Part shown: positions 6,868-16,700 of the stretch, piece by piece
How positions within the stretch are numbered: the first letter of the stretch is position 1
Layout: every line of letters begins with the position of its first letter
DNA from: Gammaproteobacteria bacterium
Lineage (GTDB): Bacteria; Pseudomonadota; Gammaproteobacteria; GCA-001735895
NCBI GenBank assembly: GCA_050298595.1
Contig: JBNKUM010000108.1
Location: forward strand, 1 to 51,306
Length of the DNA stretch: 51,306 bases
Reading direction: 5' to 3'
Notes under the pieces: generated by a model
Database searches by the model: none
What the model was told of the DNA's origin: nothing
What the model saw: only the letters and a program-made list of their open reading frames with translations
Made by a program: the position numbers and the translations under genes

Positions 6868-9537
6868 ATGCGTATTATCCAGGCCAATAAATGGTTTCAC
6901 TTTTTTCTTGTTGTAATCTTATCCATCACGATTTCAGCCTGTGGTGGAGGTTCCGACGGTTCGACAGTCGATCCAGTCGGTCAGGGAAATCCTACTCCTA
7001 CTCCTACTCCTACTCCTATTCCAGCGGCACGTAATCTTCAGCAGATCGTCATCAGCCCGTATCTGGATAGCGTTGCTAAAGGTGGACAGGTCCACTTTTC
7101 TACTATAGGTATTTACGACGACCAATCCAGTGAAGATATATCTGCAGATGTTATCTGGTCTGTGGATGATGAGACCCTGGCCAGTGTCGATACCAGTGGC
7201 AATGTGTTGCCCTTAAAAGCAGGTATGGTAACGGTATACGCCTCAACTAACGGATTGCAGGCTCAACGTAGCCTGACCATTAATGATGTGAGCCTGGATT
7301 CCATTCAGGTTATCCCTCAGCAGGTTGAGCTAGCTAATGGTATGCAGCAGACATTCCAGGCAATAGGAAATTACTCGGACGGCAGTACACAGGATCTTAG
7401 TCAACAGGTTTTATGGGGTAGTAGCGATACTCAGGTTGTTCAGATGGCTTCAGCAGTTGCACAAGGTAAGTCGGTAGGTTCAGCCATTATTTCGGCTTCA
7501 TTAGATGGAATATCTGGTCAGGCTATTTTGGGTGTGAATAGTGCTCAACTTCAACGTATCGAAATCACACTTAATACCCCGAGTTTGGAGATTGGCTTAA
7601 GCAGCTCGATATCCGTTCAGGGATTTTATAGTGATCAAAGTATTAGCGATGTCACTTCACTGGCCAGCTGGCAGATCGATGACACTTCGGTTATATCGAT
7701 TGATGCATCAACTGAAATTGTTAAGGCGCTAGCGGTTGGTACAGCAACCATTCAAGCCGATGTTTCTGGTTTTCAGGCGAATGTTTCGATCCAGGTGAAT
7801 GATGCGGTACTTAGCAAAATAGAAATTTCACCCGTTAATTCCAGTCTACCCGCTGGCTACAAACAACAGCTTCAAGCCACTGGCATTTACAGTAATCAAA
7901 CTTCACAGGATCTGACACAGCAGGTGACCTGGGTCTCAAGTAATGACGCGGTAGCAGAAATTGATAACCGTTTACTGTCTAAGGGTGAAGTTACTGCAGT
8001 TAACAAAGGTAGTACGATAATCACTGCCTATTTTGCAGGTAAGAGTGCTACTGCTGACTTGACAGTGAGTGATGCAGTATTGACGAGTATTGATGTAACA
8101 CCCTCCAGCAGTAAAGTCGCCATGGGGTTGCAGCAACAGTTCAAAGCTATAGCTCTGTATTCTGATGGGTCACAGACGGTTGTTACTGATAAGGTTGAGT
8201 GGAGTAGTGCTAGTAGTAAAGCGACATTGGTAGGAAGTAATAAGCCAGGCTTGTTTCAGGCAAACACTCAGGGCAATGTATTCATCATTGCAAAATTAAA
8301 TAATGAGCAAGGTTTTACCAGTCTTGAAATAACCAGTGCCACGCTCGACAGTCTGAGTCTGGAGCTGGAGACTGATAAGCAAGCCCTGGGTACAACTCAA
8401 CAGTTAATTGCCAGGGGGCATTACTCTGATGGAAGTAACGTAGAGGTAACTGATCAGGTAAATTGGGGAAGCAGCAATACATCGGTAGCTCGAGTGAGTA
8501 ATGCTGACGGAAGCAAGGGTCTGGTCACAGCCTTGTCCTCGGGCTCAGTCAGTGTTACGGCTCAATTTGAGTCAATACAGGCGAACCAGGCAGTAGAGAT
8601 TACGGCTGCAGTTTTACAGCAAATTCAAATTTCTGCTTCTTCGACAGATGTCTTTTATATCAATCAGCAGCGCACTCTGGGTGCGGTTGGTACTTATTCT
8701 GATGGTAGTACGCAAAGTCTAACCGGACAGGTACAGTGGATTAGTTCATCAGACCAGGTTGTTGCAGTGAGTAATGCTGGTGGTTCGCATGGGTTAATGA
8801 CGGCTTTATCTGCTGGTTTAGCAAGCGTTAGCGCCAGTTTTGCAGGCGTTGACTCGAATGCTCTGTCATTACAGGTTATAGATGATCCAAACCACCCTGC
8901 TTCTATCAGTATTTCTGCAACACCGAATGTGATTCTTAATAATGGCGCAGATTCAACAACCCTGCAGGCAACTATACAAGCGCTGCAATCTCAAGGTGTG
9001 ATCGTCGATGGTACTGAGGTTAACTTTATAATTCAGGAAGATGGTGGAACTCGTACAGTTGCTGCAACGACTGTGGATGGCGTGGCTAGTATAAGTTTAA
9101 CCTCAACATTCAACGGATTTATCCTGGTTACTGCTGAGGTTACAAATACTGATTTGAATGCCACTACAGCGGTTTACAGTACTGACAATTTTGTCCGAGT
9201 ATTACAGGTTGCCCGTGGCTCTAAAGTGGTACTTCTTGAGAATAACACGGTTTACCAGCAGGGTAGTCTGTTTGTGTTGTATATACGAAACCTGTCAAAC
9301 AGGGATTTTAATGTACTTGAGTTCCTGGTTAAGAATGGGGGTGTCGATTTCTCTGATTCACCAGTAACTGATATCGCATATCTCAGTGGAGGAGTGCTAG
9401 AGGGTGGAGAGTATACCGTTGCCGGTTATCAGCTGGATTTAGATACACCTAATAATACAATCAGTATGGAGTATATACTTCAGGATATCCCAAGCCAATA
9501 TAAATTCGGGTTTGGCGTCAACTTCAATACACCGTAG
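6868..9537 (+). CDS. Surface lipoprotein with 7 Big_2 Ig-like repeats, a Big_1-like domain and an unknown C-terminal domain
   Basis: Lipobox ISA-C25, PT linker, seven G.YSD.S..D.T.QV.W.SS repeats, then SATPNVILNNGADSTT...TTVDGVASISLTS. Confidence 0.85.
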   Translation: MRIIQANKWFHFFLVVILSITISACGGGSDGSTVDPVGQGNPTPTPTPTPIPAARNLQQIVISPYLDSVAKGGQVHFSTIGIYDDQSSEDISADVIWSVDDETLASVDTSGNVLPLKAGMVTVYASTNGLQAQRSLTINDVSLDSIQVIPQQVELANGMQQTFQAIGNYSDGSTQDLSQQVLWGSSDTQVVQMASAVAQGKSVGSAIISASLDGISGQAILGVNSAQLQRIEITLNTPSLEIGLSSSISVQGFYSDQSISDVTSLASWQIDDTSVISIDASTEIVKALAVGTATIQADVSGFQANVSIQVNDAVLSKIEISPVNSSLPAGYKQQLQATGIYSNQTSQDLTQQVTWVSSNDAVAEIDNRLLSKGEVTAVNKGSTIITAYFAGKSATADLTVSDAVLTSIDVTPSSSKVAMGLQQQFKAIALYSDGSQTVVTDKVEWSSASSKATLVGSNKPGLFQANTQGNVFIIAKLNNEQGFTSLEITSATLDSLSLELETDKQALGTTQQLIARGHYSDGSNVEVTDQVNWGSSNTSVARVSNADGSKGLVTALSSGSVSVTAQFESIQANQAVEITAAVLQQIQISASSTDVFYINQQRTLGAVGTYSDGSTQSLTGQVQWISSSDQVVAVSNAGGSHGLMTALSAGLASVSASFAGVDSNALSLQVIDDPNHPASISISATPNVILNNGADSTTLQATIQALQSQGVIVDGTEVNFIIQEDGGTRTVAATTVDGVASISLTSTFNGFILVTAEVTNTDLNATTAVYSTDNFVRVLQVARGSKVVLLENNTVYQQGSLFVLYIRNLSNRDFNVLEFLVKNGGVDFSDSPVTDIAYLSGGVLEGGEYTVAGYQLDLDTPNNTISMEYILQDIPSQYKFGFGVNFNTP
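6991..7017 (+). repeat. In-frame hexamer repeat (CCTACT)x4.5 encoding a PT linker
   Basis: cctactcctactcctactcctactcct. Confidence 0.9.
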
Positions 9538-9838
9538 AGTTTGATTCATTTCTGAATTCCGGATAGAGCCGCTCAACAATCTGCTAAAGAAGCGTCTGTT
9601 CCCGCCGGTGGTGTTGGTATGGTGGTGTAAGTGATGATCGATCTTTGATCGTTGTATAAAGCATGTGGCTCTCCTTTCTGTGGAGAGGCACATGCTCACT
9701 AAATATTCTCAGTGCGTATACTGTTTAATGCGATTACCAGAATTAATGGGTGGCCGTTTCCTGAAAAGGAGCTATTCACATTCTGGCCTTGAGTGACTAT
9801 TAAGACCCAATTCAGCCATTCCTGCCAGATCGTAGTGC

Positions 9839-9921
9839 CGTAAGATGTGCTGAGGTACGAACCGCATCATCCCTTCATCGTCCACAATTGATACGGTTCG
9901 CAAAGCTCACCACACCCTACG
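9839..9921. repeat. Degenerate REP doublet (REPIN-like, GTAG family)
   Basis: CGTAAGATGTGCTGAG...GAACCGCATCA paired with TGATACGGTTCG...CTCACCACACCCTACG as inverted arms. Confidence 0.6.
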
Positions 9922-10123
9922 TTTGTCTATGTACCGCACGTTACGAGTTATGTAGAAAAAATACAGTTAAAGTCGAGGCAGTGATGAGGATTAAATCGGA
10001 TCAATATCACACCTAAGAAAGCGGCTTTACATATAGGGTTGAAGAGTAAAGACCTCAGGCTGGATTCAGGTGTTAACCCATATCGGAAAATATGCTAATT
10101 ATCATCTTTTATATCGCAGAGAA

Positions 10124-10137
10124 TTGATTTAGGTCAT
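10124..10137. promoter_or_regulatory. Possible FNR-type box
   Basis: TTGAT-TTAG-GTCAT, 8/10 to TTGAT-N4-ATCAA, about 78 nt upstream of the cytochrome c start. Confidence 0.35.
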
Positions 10138-10214
10138 ATTGAGGTGATTTGGATAAAAAACCTTGTTTTAGTGAGAATATTATTCGTTATGGAAAATCTG
10201 ATAAGGAGATAATC

Positions 10215-10655
10215 ATGTTTAAATATAATTTGTTTAGAAAAATTGCTGTGTTATTAGGTGCAATCTCATTTCTAACAGTGTTTGGAGTTTCTGCACAAGA
10301 AGACTGGGGTACAGATCATATAGGTGAAGCGGCATTTCTGAAAAGCTGTGCAGCCTGCCATGGAGCAGATGGGAAAGGTACTGGACCAATATTAGATATT
10401 CTAAAACAGAAACCGGCTGATTTAACGACTATCAGTAAGAGAAATGGCGGAAAATATCCACAACAAAAAATTTATGCGTGGATAAGGGATCCGGAGAGAA
10501 TCAGAGCTCATGGTTCAGCGGAAATGCCTATTTGGGGTGAAAAGTTTAGCAAGGAGATAATTGAGTCTTATGGACCCTATTATACTGGTCCTGCCTGCTC
10601 GGTACAGGCTCGAATCCTTGAGCTGGTTTTCTATATCGGCACAATACAGAAATAG
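10215..10655 (+). CDS. Periplasmic monoheme cytochrome c
   Basis: RBS AAGGAG before ATG 10215, signal peptide, CAACH, PADLT, AHGSAEMPIWG (candidate Met ligand). Confidence 0.88.
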   Translation: MFKYNLFRKIAVLLGAISFLTVFGVSAQEDWGTDHIGEAAFLKSCAACHGADGKGTGPILDILKQKPADLTTISKRNGGKYPQQKIYAWIRDPERIRAHGSAEMPIWGEKFSKEIIESYGPYYTGPACSVQARILELVFYIGTIQK

Positions 10656-10756
10656 ATTAGAAGCGCTGCCAGTCTAAACGCAGTGATGGCGCTACATCGA
10701 CACGTTGTTTGCTATTGAGCGCGAACACATCAGAGAATTTTGTCCTCCTTGCAGAC

Positions 10757-10842
10757 CTTCAACGGTTAGGGTCACCGGGGAAATATAGCTACATAGCGGA
10801 GCGAAGTAGGTATATTTTCCCTGTGAATGCAATTTTAGTTGT
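10757..10842 (-). mobile_element. Degenerate attC-like site directly downstream of the OMP gene
   Basis: Minus strand ACTAAAATTGCATTCACAGGGAAAATATACCTAC-TTCGCTCCGCTAT-GTAGCTATATTTCCCCGGTGA-CCCTAACC-GTT: palindromic, attC-like layout but with the AAC core eroded. Confidence 0.5.
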
Positions 10843-10847
10843 GATTT

Positions 10848-11459
10848 TTAGAAAGCATAACTTAATGAAAGATAGACATTTGAAACATCAAATTTAGTAC
10901 TGACTTCAATATTACTTGTCGAACCAGTTCCCATCATTTTGTGATCAATATCAGATAAATGAACATTAACACCTGCGTCTAAAAATAATTGATTATCAAA
11001 TTTATACTCATACCCACCTCTAACCAATAGTCCCGTACCACTAGATGATGCAGCAGCAAAACCAATAGCTGCTTTATTTTCAATTTCAATACTAGTAAAG
11101 CCGCCACCAAGAAAAAAACCACGATGAGGACCAGAGATATTGAAAGAGTAATCTACAGATATGGATGTAGCGGTAACGGTAAACATTGATGAATCTTCTT
11201 CTTCGCCAGAAAAATAAGAAAAATTTATTCTATTAGTATCATTTAGAAATACACCAGCGATAAAACCAGAAGCCGTCCCTTCATCTCTTGTTTCGTCGGG
11301 TTGAGTTAAACTAAAACCAGTGCTTAAATTAGTTGCTGTAATTTCACTCCCATTGAGAGAAAAACCATTAATTGAAATGCCAATATAAGGTTGAAATTCA
11401 GCCGAAGAATTTGAGCTGACGCATGAAAGTAAAATGATTGAGAGTGCTGTTTTTTTCAT
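10848..11459 (-). CDS. Outer-membrane beta-barrel protein (OmpA-like/porin-type)
   Basis: Start MKKTAL (11459) with GGAG RBS, signal peptide, alternating beta strands, C-terminal LSLSYAF; visibly AT-rich. Confidence 0.8.
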   Translation of the reverse strand: MKKTALSIILLSCVSSNSSAEFQPYIGISINGFSLNGSEITATNLSTGFSLTQPDETRDEGTASGFIAGVFLNDTNRINFSYFSGEEEDSSMFTVTATSISVDYSFNISGPHRGFFLGGGFTSIEIENKAAIGFAAASSSGTGLLVRGGYEYKFDNQLFLDAGVNVHLSDIDHKMMGTGSTSNIEVSTKFDVSNVYLSLSYAF

Positions 11460-11618
11460 TTTATAACTCCACATCCTGTTGTTAAGAATCTAAGTCTATG
11501 AGTACGAAAAAAATGCAGATTTGTCTGAATTGAAAAGCGTAAACCTTTAATTTTCGATAAACAATAATCTATATTAATTTTCATGCCTACATTCACCCTT
11601 AACATCAGCAGAAACTGC

Positions 11619-11822
11619 CTTAACTCAGTGCTATTTCGCGCCGCAAGATGCGACGAGCTTTGCTCGGCGCGAAATGGTACTTTTATTTAACGTAAAAAAT
11701 GTCATCGCGAGTGACAACGCGGCACATGGATGTGCTGCCTACGAACCTGAGGATGGAATCTCTAACCTTGCCGAAACCCCACTGCCGAAGAGATTGTCAA
11801 GTAGTAAGCTCCTCGTAATGTC
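11619..11822. repeat. Two adjacent palindromic repeats (hairpin MITE-like and GTCAT.GCGAG REP-like), the second with a mini-insert
   Basis: TATTTCGCGCCG/CGGCGCGAAATG inverted pair; GTCATCGCGAG...ATCTC / GAGATT...CTCGTAATGTC inverted pair with CACATGGATGTG insert. Confidence 0.55.
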
Positions 11823-11850
11823 GCTTCATTAGTATTATGGGCAGGTCCGC

Positions 11851-12049
11851 GGAAGCCTTGCCTATAGGGACATAGGTAAGGGGCGAGAGCAGGACGCGGA
11901 AGCCTTGCCTATAGGGACATAGGTAAGGGGCGAGAGCAGGACGCGGAAGCCTTGTAACTCTCTGGAATAGCCCGCTATGCCGCGTCGTCACGCCTTGATC
12001 TACACCACCTCAAACGCACTACAACTCGTCCAACTGCGGAATCCAGGAT
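11851..12049. repeat. Tandem 47-bp mini-element (2 identical copies plus 10 nt) joined to the MITE-like repeat
   Basis: GGAAGCCTTGCCTATAGGGACATAGGTAAGGGGCGAGAGCAGGACGC at 11851 and 11898, partial at 11945. Confidence 0.9.
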
Positions 12050-12107
12050 AATAAATCCTTATATATTTGTAGTTGCATAAAAAACGATTTTTTTTCTTCG
12101 AATATTT

Positions 12108-13307
12108 CTATTTATCTAAGGAGGCTACATAGCTTGGTTGCCAAGCCAGGCCGACGAGCGCAGCTAAACAAAACACGACTCCTGCATAAAACGTGAACGA
12201 TGCGCCAAGTCTATCCCATATCAGCCCGGCTACTCCACTGGCCACCAGCATAGCGATTCCGCTCATAAGATTGAAGAAGCCGTATGCAGTGCCACGTAAA
12301 TCTACAGGTGCGGTATCAGCGATCATTGTTGAGAACAAGCCCTGAGTGATGCCCATGTGTACGCCCCAAAGTGCAATACCAACCATCATACCTCCCCAAT
12401 GCTCGTTGCTGGCGAGCACCAGGTCGGCGGCAATAAGAATCGCCAGACCAAGCGCTAACAGTTTGGTGTGGTTCAAGCGGTCAGAAAGTTTACCGAATGG
12501 ATAGGCTGACGCCGCATAGATCAGATTCATCGCAACCATCACCAGTGGCACCAGCGCTAAGGGAATACCTCCTTGCTGTGCACGAAGCACCAGAAACGCC
12601 TCGCTGAAACGTGCCAATGTGAATACGGCGCCTATTCCAACTACCCACCAATAGGGAGTTCCTAAACGCTGAAGGTTTTCTCTACGTATCGGATTGGAAC
12701 GCTTAATACCTTCATGACGTTCAGGCTCTCGCACACCGAACAAAAGCAAGATCACGGCCATCATTCCTGGAACGGCCGCGACCCAGAACACCGTCTGGAA
12801 GTCATTTGCCCATAGCAGCATCAATCCAACAGCAAGCAGGGGGCCAAGAAATGCGCCGACGGTGTCAAGAGACTGGCGTAGCCCGAAAGCAGCACCGCGT
12901 AGTTGAGGCGGAGTAATGTCGGCAATTAGTGCATCACGCGGTGCACCGCGAATTCCCTTGCCAAGACGATCCGCCAGTCTAGCGATAAGCACAATACCAA
13001 CGGTGGAGGCCATTGCAAACAACGGTTTAGTCAGGGCACCCAGTGCATACCCAAACAGGGCAAGCCCTTTGCGCTTGCCTAGATAATCACTCAGGACTCC
13101 TGAAAACACCTTAACAATCAGAGCGGTTGACTCTGCTAGCCCCTCAATGAGACCTACAGTAAAGACACTAACTCCTAGCGTTGTGACCATAAACAGGGGT
13201 AGCAGGCTGTGAATCATTTCGGAGGAAATGTCCATCAATAAACTAACGAAGCCAAGTACCCATACGCCAGTAGGGATATGACTCAAAGTTTTTGATTTCG
13301 TGGTCAT
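12108..13307 (-). CDS. MFS transporter
   Basis: Likely start MTTKSK at 13307; GVLSDYLGKRK and GKLSDRL motif-A copies, DRLGKGIRGAPRDALIAD, multiple TM segments. Confidence 0.9.
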   Translation of the reverse strand: MTTKSKTLSHIPTGVWVLGFVSLLMDISSEMIHSLLPLFMVTTLGVSVFTVGLIEGLAESTALIVKVFSGVLSDYLGKRKGLALFGYALGALTKPLFAMASTVGIVLIARLADRLGKGIRGAPRDALIADITPPQLRGAAFGLRQSLDTVGAFLGPLLAVGLMLLWANDFQTVFWVAAVPGMMAVILLLFGVREPERHEGIKRSNPIRRENLQRLGTPYWWVVGIGAVFTLARFSEAFLVLRAQQGGIPLALVPLVMVAMNLIYAASAYPFGKLSDRLNHTKLLALGLAILIAADLVLASNEHWGGMMVGIALWGVHMGITQGLFSTMIADTAPVDLRGTAYGFFNLMSGIAMLVASGVAGLIWDRLGASFTFYAGVVFCLAALVGLAWQPSYVASLDK

Positions 13308-13359
13308 CTTATACCTTAATATATGCAGGTAACTTTGATACTTGATTACTGCGCACAGG

Positions 13360-13450
13360 AATGTTTCCTTCTGGCACAGGCTGTGTAAAAACTGCTCCTG
13401 GTGACCGAAGGCAGTATTCGCCACAGTATCAAGCGCCTTTTGATATGCCT
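13360..13450 (-). pseudogene. IS1182-like terminal remnant
   Basis: GGCTGTGTAAAAACT terminus; minus-strand translation FLHSL.QK as often seen at IS1182-type ends. Confidence 0.4.
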
Positions 13451-13718
13451 CGCTTAAATAATCAGGCACAGGAGGATTCTAGGATTATGCCGTTAAGTTC
13501 AATTACAGCAATGAGTCCAAAGCAATTTCAATTCAAACTCGTTTTAGATTTTTTAATCCTCAATAAATGAGGCACAGCAGCGTATGAAGCCTCATCGACG
13601 TCACCTTGATAATGAAGCTCTTTCCCGAGCTCACCCTAAAGTACTTTTTCCTCTTCTATGGTGGTGTCTTCTCAATCGCCAGATTTTGGAACCTGGATGT
13701 TTAGTCTCTTAGCTTTTG

Positions 13719-16700
13719 TCAAATTTTTCCATCCTTTAACAGTAGCTCGCTGATTTCTTCACCAGTAACCGGTTTACTAAAGAGATATCCCTGACCAATA
13801 TCACATCCCAGATTGATTAAATGGGCAAGCTGATCTTCGGTTTCAATACCTTCGGCGATAACTTTTAATCCAAGTCCATGACCCATTGAAATGGCTGCAT
13901 TTATCAATTCTCGGTCGGCTTCATCAACTGAAATATCATTGATAAAGCTGCGGTCGATTTTTAAGGTATTGAAGGGGTAACTTCTCAGGTAACTTAATGA
14001 GGAATACCCCGTTCCAAAATCATCCATTGAGATCCCTATTCCTAGATTTTTCAAAGTATTGATGGTTTCTTCCAGATAGGGATAGCCACTTAGTAGCACG
14101 CCCTCGGTTATTTCAACTTCTAATGCGGCGGCTGGTAAATCATGCTTTTTAAGTAGATTTGAAATGATGGTCGGTAGTTTTTGGTTACGGAACTGTGTCG
14201 GTGATAAATTGACTGCAGTCGAAAATTCGTGGTTTGTCATTGTTCTCCATTTAGCGGTCCACGCCATAGCTTCGGATAAAACATACTGACCAATTTTATC
14301 GATTGAACTACTTTGTTCGGCAACGGGAATGAAATCATCTGGTGATATCGGACCTAATACTGAGCTATGCCATCTGATTAAGGCTTCTACTCCAATGATA
14401 ACTTTAGTTTGTAAATCAATTAGAGGTTGATAAAGAACCGTAAACTCATCACGCGATAATGCTCCATTTAATTGCTCTTCAAGAGCCAGTCTGCGGGAGA
14501 TATCCTTATTCATTGATGCGGTATAATTTTGATAGGTGTTACGGCCCATTTCCTTTGCGCGATACATTGCCGTATCGGCATTACGTAACAGCTCGTCTGA
14601 GTTAGCACCATCTTCTGGATAACAGGCGATACCAATGCTTACCGTAATGACCAGCTCTCGCTCATCCAGAGTGAAAACATTCCTGAACTGAGATAGCAGG
14701 TGTTCAGCAACAAGCTGGGCACCGGAGACTGAGTTAATGCTATGTAATAGAATAATAAATTCATCACCACCCAGTCGACACAAAGAGTCCATTTCACGAA
14801 TCGATTCTGAAAGGCGCCGTGCTACCATCACCAGCAGTCTATCTCCAGCCTCATGCCCCATGGAATCATTAATTCGTTTAAATCCGTCAAGGTCAAGAAA
14901 CAGTACGGCCAGTTTAGTGTTGTTTCGACTGGATTCCCTGACCATGAGGCTTAATCTATCAAGCGCTAAAAATCGGTTTGGTAAATCAGTCAGGTGGTCA
15001 TAATGAGCCTGATAGAGCATCTTTTCATGTTGTATTTTTTTCTCAGTAATGTCTTCTTTAACGCCTACGTAATGTGTGACTTCTCCAGACTCATTAATAA
15101 CCGGAGCAATACGAGCATATTCCCAATAAATATCACCATTTTTATTTTTGTTCTGAATTTCACCTGACCAGGGTTTTTTCTCTAACAGGCAGTTCCACAT
15201 TTCTTTATAACGCTTTAATGGAGTTAGTCCAGACTTGAAAATTCTGGGGTTTTTCCCCTTTACCTCCTGCAGGGTGAAACCTGAAATCTCTTCGAAACTA
15301 TGATTTATGTATTCAATGTTGGCTTGTGTGTCGGTTATGACCACACTTGATGGGCTTTGCTCTATAGCCTGAGAAAGTACTCGGATCATGGCTTGCTTGT
15401 TTTTTAATTCTGTGACATCGAGATGGGTGCCGACCATTCTTATCGCAGTACCTTCTTCATCACGTACGGCATAGGCTCGAGAAAGAATATCTACCCAGTG
15501 ACCATCCTTATGGCGCATTTTTAATTCGAGATTAAAATTATCTCGAGAGCCATTTAGAAATTCGCTCATGACACTCCAGCTCTGTGCCTGGTCAGTCGCA
15601 ACAAAAAGGTCTTTCCAGATCGAAAAGTCATTAGGTAATTCATCGTCTTTATAACCGAGCATGCTCTTCCAGCGAGGGGAGTAATAAATTTCATTTTTGA
15701 CAAGATCCCAGTCATACAGTCCATCATTGGCACCTTTCATCGCCAGGGAAAATCGCTCTTCACTTGCTTTTAGTGCCTGTTCTGCTTCCTTACGTTCGGT
15801 AATATCAACGACTACGGAACCTAAACTGATGATGTGGTTGCTGTTATCAAGAACAGGAAAATAAGATATGCTGAAGTGTGAGATTTTTCCGGGTCTCGAA
15901 GGGATTTCAGTACTAAGTTCTGTATTCAATATTGGTTTCCTGGTTTCAAGAATCTGTTGGAAACAGGGATATGCTATGTTATATATATCGGGTAAAACAT
16001 CCTGCATGGATTTACCGATGTGGTCTTCAACTTTAACTCCATTCAACCCCGCCAATGTTTCATTGATGAGTTGGTAGTGTAAATCTGTACTAAGCAGAGC
16101 CATCCCTGTGGGTGACGCGCTAAAAATGGAAGACAATAGTTGTTCGCTCTTTAATAATTCTTGCTCTATATGTTTGCGGTCAGAAATTTCCTGGATTAAA
16201 GCCTTATTCTTTTCTGATAATTCAATAGTCCCCTGCTGAATTAATGCTTCCCGTTGGTTCACTTCCTCATTTAACTGATTGATCAAAGCGATATTCTTTT
16301 GTTGCAGCTCTAATGCTGTAATGGCACTACGATTTAAATTTATGGTGAACAGGGTGATCATGATCAAATAGATAATAAGGCCCAACGACAGCAGGTAATA
16401 AGGGAGATCATTAAAAAGAAACAAGGTAGCCAGTAAAGAAAAAAACTGAGGATAGGTATAAACGATGAAGGCAGGTAAATAGGCTGATAATAGAATAACG
16501 CTAGTTCCAACAATACCGAATAACAGTAAAGACAGGGCCATGGTAATAACAATATCATTAGCGATATAAATCAGGGGGAAGATAATGCACCAGGATAACC
16601 CCGCCATGGCACTTCCAATCAGGTGGTATCTGAGCCACCGCTCCGAGGAAAAGACCTTAGGCTTCGTTTTGTGTAGATACCAGATAGATAATCGAATTAT

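Noticed and set aside
9439-9699. His-rich 86-aa metal-binding protein
   Set aside because: Overlaps the 3' end of the Ig gene antisense, and the RBS-linked ATG is in another frame; better explained as debris
1256-11600. Complete integron
   Set aside because: No intI or attI in the window; the two attC-like sites are 9.5 kb apart, in opposite orientation and separated by housekeeping genes
11851-11954. CRISPR array
   Set aside because: 47-bp units are head-to-tail identical with no unique spacers, and no cas genes are present
11797-11991. 64-aa ORF with internal repeats
   Set aside because: Translation of the tandem 47-bp mini-element and MITE, not a plausible gene
13308-13469. 54-aa N-terminal extension of the MFS transporter
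   Set aside because: Reads through an IS-end remnant; MFS-like sequence starts at ATG 13307
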